NCBI GenBank assembly: GCA_945873335.1
Contig: CAMCCH010000001.1
Coordinates: 5,904-69,903 of the forward strand
Length of the DNA: 64,000 nucleotides
From: Bifidobacterium breve
GTDB taxonomy: Bacteria; Actinomycetota; Actinomycetes; Nanopelagicales; Nanopelagicaceae
Direction of reading: 5' to 3'
Shown here in pieces: positions 56,516 to 64,000 of the stretch (positions within the stretch are counted from its first letter, which is position 1; each line of letters opens with the position of its first letter). A program made the position numbers and the translations under genes. The notes beneath the pieces are model-generated. The model worked only from the letters and a program-made list of their open reading frames with translations, ran no database searches and was not told the DNA's origin.

Positions 56516-57391
56516 CTATGCAGAGACCAAGGATACCAGTTGCTCGACAACCTCATTGACCGAGGTATTGACGATAACTAGGTCGAAAGAAGGTGCTGCT
56601 GCCAATTCCTCTTGGGCTAATGCCAGGCGTTCTGTGCGTCTTTCAGGGCTATCTGTGCCACGGCCTTCAAGTCTTGATACTAAATCTTCCCAACTTGGTG
56701 GCGATAGGAATACCAACATGGCCTCTGGCATATGTGATTTCACTTGCTTTGCACCATCTATTTCAATCTCCAACAAAACATTGTGGCCATCAAGTAGTGC
56801 TTGTTCTACGCCTTCTCGCGGAGTTCCGTATTTTGCTCCAGCAAACTGTGCCCATTCTAAGAAATATGATTCGCGAACTCTCTTTTCGAATTCAACGCTA
56901 TTTATAAAATGGTAATCGACTCCATCGATCTCGTTGGCTCTTGGTGCTCGAGTTGTTGCAGAGATACTGACCCAGTAATCACCCGTTGCTCGTAGTTGCG
57001 CTGCAACTGTGCTTTTGCCGACTCCGCCCGGCCCTGAAAGAACTATCAGTTTACCGCGCTTAGTTTTACCTAATGTTGAAGAAAATTCAGCGAGTAGGTT
57101 TTTCAACTGTTGCGTTCCCAAACCTTTTATGCGCCTGGTGGGAGAGATATTCAACCTATCCATAATCGCCAGTGCTCTTATCTTGCCAACTCCCGTAACA
57201 GATTCAAGCATTTCGGCTACGCGCATCTTTGAGACCGCTTCATCACTTTGTGAGAGTTGGTAGACGCTTTGAATATCTAAATAGCCAGACTTAATCTGTG
57301 CTTTTATCTCCGCACGACGCTTTCGAGCAATTGATGCTTTAGCAAGAGCAGCCGCTCGCTCTTGAGGTGTGAGCGTGGGAGGAGTGGGCAT
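56516..57391 (-). CDS. gmk: Fused actinobacterial integration host factor (mIHF) / guanylate kinase
   Basis: First ~105 aa mIHF-like (P.LTPQERAAALAKA..AR..RAE.K, KMRV..MLE...GVGK.RA, RR..GLG..Q), then Gmk motifs SGPGGVGKST, SATTR.PR..E.DGVDYHF, FLEWA, YGT. Confidence 0.9.
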   Translation of the reverse strand: MPTPPTLTPQERAAALAKASIARKRRAEIKAQIKSGYLDIQSVYQLSQSDEAVSKMRVAEMLESVTGVGKIRALAIMDRLNISPTRRIKGLGTQQLKNLLAEFSSTLGKTKRGKLIVLSGPGGVGKSTVAAQLRATGDYWVSISATTRAPRANEIDGVDYHFINSVEFEKRVRESYFLEWAQFAGAKYGTPREGVEQALLDGHNVLLEIEIDGAKQVKSHMPEAMLVFLSPPSWEDLVSRLEGRGTDSPERRTERLALAQEELAAAPSFDLVIVNTSVNEVVEQLVSLVSA

Positions 57392-57413
57392 AGGCTAAAT
57401 CTATCGGTAAATA

Positions 57414-58118
57414 CTAAATACTTTCCGCAAGAATCTGCGCTGCTTTTTCTTTCATTGCTTGCGGCCCTTGCGACCAGAGCGAAGTTATAGGGCGACCAAT
57501 CACGACGAAATTTGCTCCACGTGAGAGTGCTTGCGCAGGAGTCATAACTCTGACTTGATCATCGCCACCATGTGAATCGGGCGGACGAACTCCAGGCGTG
57601 ATAATTATTGGTTGATCTCCAACGGAACTACGTATCGCTTCGATTTCAAAGGGTGAGCAGACGATTGCTCGCGCGCCAGCTCCCACCGCAAGAGCAGCCA
57701 ATTGAGCGGCAGTAAGTAAAGCATTATTGGCATATCCAACAGCCTTTACATCATCATCTGATAGCGACGTAAGAATAGTTACGGCTGTTATATCTGTATG
57801 AGGAACCGATTCGACCGCACTTGCAATCATCGCCGCTCCACCAGATGCGTGCACTGTTAGGAACCGTGGTTTGAGATGTGCAACTGCTCGTGTAGCACCA
57901 GCAACAGTGTGCGGAATATCGTGCAGTTTCAAATCCAGAAAGATATCGACATCGTGTTGGGCAACAATTTCTGCAACACCTTTGCTGCCGAACATGCAAA
58001 AAAACTCAAGTCCCAATTTATAGACACCAATTGATTCTCGAGTATTCTCAATCCATTCGTGAGCAGTCTTCAGATCCGATGTATCAAGGGCCAAAATAAG
58101 AGGCGATGAATTACTCAT
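57414..58118 (-). CDS. pyrF: Orotidine-5'-phosphate decarboxylase
   Basis: LALD, FLDLKLHDIP.T, TPGVR, DQ.R, IGRPIT; start trimmed to ATG 58118. Confidence 0.94.
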   Translation of the reverse strand: MSNSSPLILALDTSDLKTAHEWIENTRESIGVYKLGLEFFCMFGSKGVAEIVAQHDVDIFLDLKLHDIPHTVAGATRAVAHLKPRFLTVHASGGAAMIASAVESVPHTDITAVTILTSLSDDDVKAVGYANNALLTAAQLAALAVGAGARAIVCSPFEIEAIRSSVGDQPIIITPGVRPPDSHGGDDQVRVMTPAQALSRGANFVVIGRPITSLWSQGPQAMKEKAAQILAESI

Positions 58119-59055
58119 GGTGCTCGTCAGTTCTATGAGCGTAACCAATTGCATCTTTAATCTGTTTGAAACCCTTCTCTTCCAAGAGAGACTTGAGCTC
58201 TTCTTGAATATGAGGAATCGCCATTGGATTTCCAAAACTTGCAGTGCCTACAGAGACTGCACTAGCACCGGCAAGAATCATCTCAAATGCATCCCGGCCA
58301 CTTGTAACTCCACCCATTCCTAAAATTGGAATATTTGGAATAGCAGCATGAACTTGATAAATCGCACGCACCGCAATTGGTCGGATTGCTGGTCCTGATA
58401 AACCACCAGTTTTTCCTCCAAGGTGAGGTCGCATTGTTGAGAGATTGATGACCATTCCTAAAACAGTGTTGATCAGAGCAATACCATCTGCACCAGCATC
58501 AACTACGCCTTTTGCTATTGTGACAATATCTGTTACATCTGGTGAAAGCTTGGCAATAATTGGTAGCTCTCCCCCAATTGTGCGCCTCACTCCATCGATA
58601 ACTTTTCTAGAGGCTTCAGGATCGCATGCAAATACAAGACCACGATTTTCAACGTTCGGACATGAAATATTAACTTCAATGGCACTAATCCCAGAGACGG
58701 ATCGCAATTTTCGAGCCAGAGTTGAATATTCTTCTATCGTCTCCCCCGCAATTGAAACGATGATGCGTGCCTTTTGCTCAACTAACCACGGAATATCCTT
58801 TTCGATAAATGTATCTATGCCTGGTCCTTGAAGACCAATCGAATTGAGCATCCCACTTGGTGTCTCAGCCATTCGCGGAGTAGCTCTACCTAAGCGCGCC
58901 TTATTCATTATCGACTTAGTAACGACTGCGCCAATATCTTTGAGAGGAAAGAACTGTGCCAATTCCTTACCAGAGCTTGCACAACCACTTGCGGTAAAGA
59001 CAGGTGTTGGAAACCATGCATTACTAAAGGTGGTTGAGAAATCAACGGCAGTCAC
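58111..59055 (-). CDS. pyrD: Dihydroorotate dehydrogenase, class 1B catalytic subunit
   Basis: ASGC, MLNSIGL, NISCPN, KLSP, GGLSG; GTGA overlap with the upstream gene. Confidence 0.92.
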   Translation of the reverse strand: MTAVDFSTTFSNAWFPTPVFTASGCASSGKELAQFFPLKDIGAVVTKSIMNKARLGRATPRMAETPSGMLNSIGLQGPGIDTFIEKDIPWLVEQKARIIVSIAGETIEEYSTLARKLRSVSGISAIEVNISCPNVENRGLVFACDPEASRKVIDGVRRTIGGELPIIAKLSPDVTDIVTIAKGVVDAGADGIALINTVLGMVINLSTMRPHLGGKTGGLSGPAIRPIAVRAIYQVHAAIPNIPILGMGGVTSGRDAFEMILAGASAVSVGTASFGNPMAIPHIQEELKSLLEEKGFKQIKDAIGYAHRTDEHHE

Positions 59056-59900
59056 TGTGTCACCGTGGGATTCTTGCCGACGAGATCCCACATTACGTTA
59101 GAACCATCCATAACAGGGCCATCAATACAGCTACGCAACATTGAAATTGAATTATCTTCATTGCGAACAGGTAGGACACAGGTCATGCATATTCCAATCC
59201 CACACGCCATCGACTCTTCTACAGCGCACTGATGAACGACATCCTTGTCGGCGGTGATCGCTGAAATCGCAGCAAGCATTCCCATTGGTCCGCATGAATA
59301 AATAACGGCAACATCGAGATCAGAAATCAATTCAGGAATAGGGTCGGTAACTTTTCCAGCGATTCCCATCGAACCATCTTCTGTATATATGCGTAGAGAA
59401 TTCACAGAGCGCTTGCCCTCCATGGGCGCATAGATTTTGCCTGCAGTGCTTGCGCCAAGGAGCATATCTACCTTGCATCCGCGATCTTTCAAAACCTCTG
59501 CGAGTCCAAATAATGGTGCGGATCCATAACCGCCTCCGACCAAAAGAACTTGCACAGGCTCTGTTGGAATTCCAAAGGCGCTTCCGAGCGGTGCAACTAA
59601 ATCAATGACTGCACCTTCAGGTTGCGCACATAGCCATTTACTTCCTTGGCCATGAGGAGCAACGATGAGCTCCATAGTTCCACCAAATGAATTACTGTGC
59701 GTCACACGTGAAATCGCGAAGGCGCGCCTAAGAATCATTTTTGAAGAATCGCCACCAACGCTAATCGCTACAAAATTACCTGGCTTGCATTTATCTACTA
59801 AATCTCCGACGCTAATGAGAATCTGATGGTACTGACCTACAAGCTTATTGCCGACAATCGTTGCACGTAATTGCGCGGCGCTCCTATTTATTGTTGCCAT
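59052..59900 (-). CDS. pyrK: Dihydroorotate dehydrogenase electron-transfer subunit
   Basis: LRR.F.I, GGG.G.APL, CGP, MACGIGIC..C...C.DGP 2Fe-2S motif; start trimmed to ATG 59900. Confidence 0.9.
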   Translation of the reverse strand: MATINRSAAQLRATIVGNKLVGQYHQILISVGDLVDKCKPGNFVAISVGGDSSKMILRRAFAISRVTHSNSFGGTMELIVAPHGQGSKWLCAQPEGAVIDLVAPLGSAFGIPTEPVQVLLVGGGYGSAPLFGLAEVLKDRGCKVDMLLGASTAGKIYAPMEGKRSVNSLRIYTEDGSMGIAGKVTDPIPELISDLDVAVIYSCGPMGMLAAISAITADKDVVHQCAVEESMACGIGICMTCVLPVRNEDNSISMLRSCIDGPVMDGSNVMWDLVGKNPTVTQ

Positions 59901-62900
59901 CAGCTTTGCAACCAACTCTGAATTGGTTTGACCGAAAGATTTTCGCGTTGAAGTGCGCGGATACCTTGAACGGCTGCTGCAAAGCCAGCAGTGGTTGTTA
60001 TACATGGCACTGAACGTTGAATAGCAGCGGTACGGATTGCCCAACCATCCTGGCGCGTTCCTCGTCCAACAGGTGTATTAATCACAAGAGAAATATCTCC
60101 AGAATTGAGAATTTCTACAATAGTTGGCTCACCCAGTGGTCCACTTCCTTGAGAATTCTTACGCACATGCGTAGATGAGATCCCATGGCCGGCTAAAAAT
60201 TGTGACGTTCCAACGGTAGCTAAAATTGTAAAACCTAAAGCCGCGAGTTCGCGCGCTGGCGCGATTCCTGAATTCTTATCCTTATCAGCAAGTGATACGA
60301 AGACTTTGCCGTTCTTAGGTAGCGGGCCGAATGCACTGATCTGACTCTTTGCATAACTTTCACCGAAAGTATTAGCGATTCCCATTACCTCACCAGTAGA
60401 GCGCATCTCCGGTCCAAGTACTGCATCGACTCCACGGCCATCACTTCTGCGAAATCTGTTCCACGGCAATACTGCCTCTTTGACAGAAACTCCATGTGCA
60501 ATTCCGTCGCCTTCGCTGGGTAAGACCCCTTCAGTTCGAAGTTGGGCGATAGTAGAACCGACTGAAATTCTTGCGGCCGCTTTGGCAAGTGGAACTCCCG
60601 TTGCTTTACTAACAAATGGAACCGTTCGCGAGGCGCGAGGATTGGCTTCTAGGACATAGAGAACATCCTGAGCGACAGCGAATTGAATATTGATCAGTCC
60701 GCGAACCCCTACACCCGTTGCAATCTTGAGAGTCGCTCGGCGGATCTCCACTAACTGCTCTTTCGACATTGTCATTGAAGGTAGCACGCAAGCACTATCT
60801 CCTGAGTGAATACCCGCCTCTTCAATATGCTCCATTACGCCACCTAAAAATAACTCTTCACCGTCGTAAAGCGCATCAACATCTATTTCAATTGCGCTAT
60901 CGAGAAAACGGTCAACGAGTACAGGTCGGTCTGGTGTTATATCTGTTGCACGAGAAATAAAACCAGCAAGAGATTCATCGTCGTAAACGATTTCCATTCC
61001 TCGACCACCCAAAACAAATGATGGTCTAACAAGTACGGGGTAACCAATGCGTGTAGCAATAGATATCGCCTCTAATTGCGAGGCGGCCATGCCATATTCT
61101 GGTGCAGTCAATCCCTGTTCTTTGAGAACATCACCGAAAGCGCCACGCTCTTCAGCTAAATTGATCGCATCTGGACTAGTACCAAGAATTGTTACTCCAG
61201 CATTTTTAAGTCCGGCTGCAAGTCCCAGTGGAGTCTGTCCACCTAATTGCGTAATGACGCCGAGTACTGGACCGGCCAGAGTTTCTGCGTGGACAACCTC
61301 TAATACATCTTCGAGTGTAAGTGGTTCGAAATAGAGTCGACTACTTGTGTCGTAATCGGTAGAAACTGTCTCGGGATTGCAGTTAATTATAATTGTGTCG
61401 TAGTCAGCATCGCGCAGAGCAAAGGAGGCGTGCACGCAAGAATAATCAAATTCAATACCTTGCCCAATACGGTTTGGCCCACTACCTAAAATAATGACAG
61501 CGGGTTTTGCGCGAGGTCGAACTTCGCTCTCTTCTTCATAACTCGAGTAGTGATAGGGCGTAAATGCTTCAAATTCAGCGGCGCATGTATCAACCGTTTT
61601 ATAAACCGGCCTGATTCCGAAGTGGTGTCGTGCTTTACGTACATCTTCCTCTGTTGCGCCTCGAAGTAATGCAATTTGAGCATCTGAGAATGAAAACTCT
61701 TTGGCAATCTTTATCAATTCAGGCGTCAATTCACCGGGTTGAGCGATTATTTTTGCTCTCTCATTGATCAAAACAATCTGATTCAAATACCACTTATCGA
61801 TCTTTGTCGCTTCATATACTGCATCAATTGATGCTCCAAACCAGAGCGCTTTCTGTACCTGTTGCAACCTATATTCAGTCGGAATCTTTGAGGCGGTAAG
61901 GAGAGCATCGCGTTCTTGAACACTTACTTGTTCTGGCCACGTGAAAATGGCTTCTTTTCTTTCAAGTGAGCGAAGTGCTTTCATCAGCGCTTCTGGGAAA
62001 GAGCGACCGATAGCCATCGCTTCGCCAACACTCTTCATAGTTGTTGTGAGGCGAGGATCTGCATCTGGGAATTTTTCAAATGCGAAACGTGGAACTTTAA
62101 CGACAACGTAATCAAGAGTAGGTTCAAATGACGCGGGGGTAACCTTCGTAATATCATTTTGAATCTCATCGAGGGTATAACCAATTGCTAACTTCGTAGC
62201 AATCTTCGCAATCGGAAATCCTGTTGCTTTAGATGCCAGGGCGCTTGAGCGAGAGACTCGCGGATTCATTTCGATCACAATGATTCGCCCAGTATCAGGA
62301 TTTACGGCGAATTGGATATTACATCCACCTGTATCAACACCAACCTCACGGATAATATCCATTGAGAGATTGCGAAGTTTTTGGAACTCGACATCCGTTA
62401 GCGTCATTGCAGGTGCGACAGTAATTGAATCACCTGTATGAACACCCATCGGGTCTAGATTTTCAATACTGCACACAATTACAACGTTATCTAGCCGATC
62501 ACGCATGACCTCAAGTTCGTACTCTTTCCATCCAATAATTGATTCTTCCAAAAGAACTTCGGAGGTCGGACTATGGCGAAGCCCTGCTCCGGCAATTTGA
62601 TGAAGTTCTTCTTCTGTAAATGCAATACCTGAGCCAAGTCCGCCCATTGTAAAAGATGGACGCACGACGACTGGATAATGTAAAACTTTTACGGCTTCGA
62701 GTATCTCCTCCATAGTGTGGCAAATCGCGGAACGAGCAGATTCTCCGCCAACTTTTTCAACTATTCCTCGGAAGAGCTCGCGATTTTCTCCGCGTTCAAT
62801 CGCATCAACATCAGCGCCTATTAGTTTCACGCCATACTTAGCAAGAGTTCCTCGCTTGAATAGACCAATGGCGGCATTGAGAGCGGTCTGTCCTCCCAGT

Positions 62901-63166
62901 GTTGCCAGGACTGCATCCGGCTTCTCGTTAGCAATAATTTTCTCAATAAACTCAGGAGTAATTGGTTCTATGTACGTTGCATCTGCGAATTCAGGATCAG
63001 TCATAATCGTTGCTGGATTCGAATTTACAAGAATTACTCGAATTCCTTCAGATCTCAGAACGCGGCACGCTTGAGTTCCTGAATAATCAAATTCACACGC
63101 CTGACCAATAACAATCGGACCACTTCCGATAACTAAAACACTTTTGATTGAACTATCTAGTGGCAT
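59900..63166 (-). CDS. carB: Carbamoyl-phosphate synthase large subunit
   Basis: [51 protein letters not shown]. Confidence 0.98.
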   Translation of the reverse strand: MPLDSSIKSVLVIGSGPIVIGQACEFDYSGTQACRVLRSEGIRVILVNSNPATIMTDPEFADATYIEPITPEFIEKIIANEKPDAVLATLGGQTALNAAIGLFKRGTLAKYGVKLIGADVDAIERGENRELFRGIVEKVGGESARSAICHTMEEILEAVKVLHYPVVVRPSFTMGGLGSGIAFTEEELHQIAGAGLRHSPTSEVLLEESIIGWKEYELEVMRDRLDNVVIVCSIENLDPMGVHTGDSITVAPAMTLTDVEFQKLRNLSMDIIREVGVDTGGCNIQFAVNPDTGRIIVIEMNPRVSRSSALASKATGFPIAKIATKLAIGYTLDEIQNDITKVTPASFEPTLDYVVVKVPRFAFEKFPDADPRLTTTMKSVGEAMAIGRSFPEALMKALRSLERKEAIFTWPEQVSVQERDALLTASKIPTEYRLQQVQKALWFGASIDAVYEATKIDKWYLNQIVLINERAKIIAQPGELTPELIKIAKEFSFSDAQIALLRGATEEDVRKARHHFGIRPVYKTVDTCAAEFEAFTPYHYSSYEEESEVRPRAKPAVIILGSGPNRIGQGIEFDYSCVHASFALRDADYDTIIINCNPETVSTDYDTSSRLYFEPLTLEDVLEVVHAETLAGPVLGVITQLGGQTPLGLAAGLKNAGVTILGTSPDAINLAEERGAFGDVLKEQGLTAPEYGMAASQLEAISIATRIGYPVLVRPSFVLGGRGMEIVYDDESLAGFISRATDITPDRPVLVDRFLDSAIEIDVDALYDGEELFLGGVMEHIEEAGIHSGDSACVLPSMTMSKEQLVEIRRATLKIATGVGVRGLINIQFAVAQDVLYVLEANPRASRTVPFVSKATGVPLAKAAARISVGSTIAQLRTEGVLPSEGDGIAHGVSVKEAVLPWNRFRRSDGRGVDAVLGPEMRSTGEVMGIANTFGESYAKSQISAFGPLPKNGKVFVSLADKDKNSGIAPARELAALGFTILATVGTSQFLAGHGISSTHVRKNSQGSGPLGEPTIVEILNSGDISLVINTPVGRGTRQDGWAIRTAAIQRSVPCITTTAGFAAAVQGIRALQRENLSVKPIQSWLQS

Positions 63167-64000
63167 TAGACACGAACCCCGCTGGGATCAAGGTTGCGAT
63201 ACTTACTCATCAGATCTACAAAGCGATCAAAGAGATATGAAGCATCATGTGGACCTGCCGCTGCCTCAGGGTGGTATTGCACACTAAAGGCTGAACGTTC
63301 AAGTAATTGCAAACCTTCAACCACTCCGTCATTGAGACATACGTGAGTAACTTCTCCTGGACCATAAACTGTAGTAAATATTGAATCGGTTGGCGCTTTC
63401 AGAGCAAAGCCGTGATTGTGGGCCGTTATCTCGACGCGCTTTGTATTCTTATCCATAACTGGCTGATTGATTCCTCGATGACCGAACTGCAATTTATAGG
63501 TTTCGAATCCAAGCGCGCGACCCAAAATTTGATGGCCAAAACAAATTCCAAAGATAGGTATCTCTGCATTGAGGATTTCACGAACGGTTTCAACCACATC
63601 TTGCATCGTTGAGGGATCGCCCGGGCCATTTGATAAGAAAACACCATCAGGGCTTAGCGCTTTTATTGTTTCAATAGTTGAGTTATAGGGAACCACATGT
63701 ACTTCAACTCCGCGCTGCGCCAGAGCCCGCGGAGTAGCAGCTTTGATTCCCAAATCAATGGCTACTACCTTGAACTTCTTTTCACCAACTGATTTGACAA
63801 CATAAGGCTTATCGGTTGAAACATCTTCACAAAGATATGCACCCGTCATAGCTGGAACTTTGCGAACTTCAACGACCATCTCCTCCCGAGATAGATCCAA
63901 TCCAGAGAAAATACCAACGCGCATGGCACCTCGATCGCGCAAGTGGCGTGTGATTGCTCGAGTATCTACCCCTGCAATACCGATGATTCCTTGCGAGATC
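63166..64000 (-). CDS. carA: Carbamoyl-phosphate synthase small subunit (5' end outside window)
   Basis: SNGPGDP, GICFGHQ, HNHGF, QYHPE. Confidence 0.96.
   Translation of the reverse strand, partial: ISQGIIGIAGVDTRAITRHLRDRGAMRVGIFSGLDLSREEMVVEVRKVPAMTGAYLCEDVSTDKPYVVKSVGEKKFKVVAIDLGIKAATPRALAQRGVEVHVVPYNSTIETIKALSPDGVFLSNGPGDPSTMQDVVETVREILNAEIPIFGICFGHQILGRALGFETYKLQFGHRGINQPVMDKNTKRVEITAHNHGFALKAPTDSIFTTVYGPGEVTHVCLNDGVVEGLQLLERSAFSVQYHPEAAAGPHDASYLFDRFVDLMSKYRNLDPSGVRV

Noticed and set aside
2507-60044. Long N-terminal extensions in the ORF track (parA, helY, pafB, metH, SCO1664, rsmB, pyrF, pyrK) suggesting large gene overlaps
   Set aside because: Artefacts of taking the most upstream start codon; downstream starts fit family N-termini, SD or -10 spacing, and short overlaps.

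Overview
Core-genome window from a streamlined, low-GC Actinobacterium. Gene content, synteny and tiny intergenic gaps suggest a freshwater acI / Ca. Nanopelagicales-type organism (inference). It spans the replication terminus: a 28-bp dif site at 15657-15684 sits where gene orientation flips from mostly + to mostly -. It holds about 63 CDS and one tRNA-Leu(GAG): pyrG-xerD-parA-like-scpAB-rluB-aroH-tyrA-cmk/der, the gcvH-FHA-MerR-gcvP cluster, lnt-helY-tatAC-pafBC-trmI, metH/mshC, a nucleotide-salvage block, his/rpe/fmt/def/priA/metK/coaBC/rpoZ and pyr/car genes. I saw no mobile element, prophage or CRISPR array. Best leads: (1) a 271-bp AT-rich non-coding island (5668-5938) with 4-5 copies of a 16-bp motif, about 2.3 kb from an inverted ParA plus RHH-like gene pair and about 10 kb from dif, a candidate terminus-proximal type Ib-like partition system; (2) a structured 5' leader of an NCS2 purine permease with mutually exclusive hairpin/anti-RBS pairings, a candidate unrecognised riboswitch; (3) an in-frame mIHF-guanylate kinase fusion; (4) clean absence of the Pup-proteasome genes between trmI and pafBC; (5) widespread leaderless and back-to-back promoters. 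All functional calls are by eye from motifs and recalled synteny; no searches were run.
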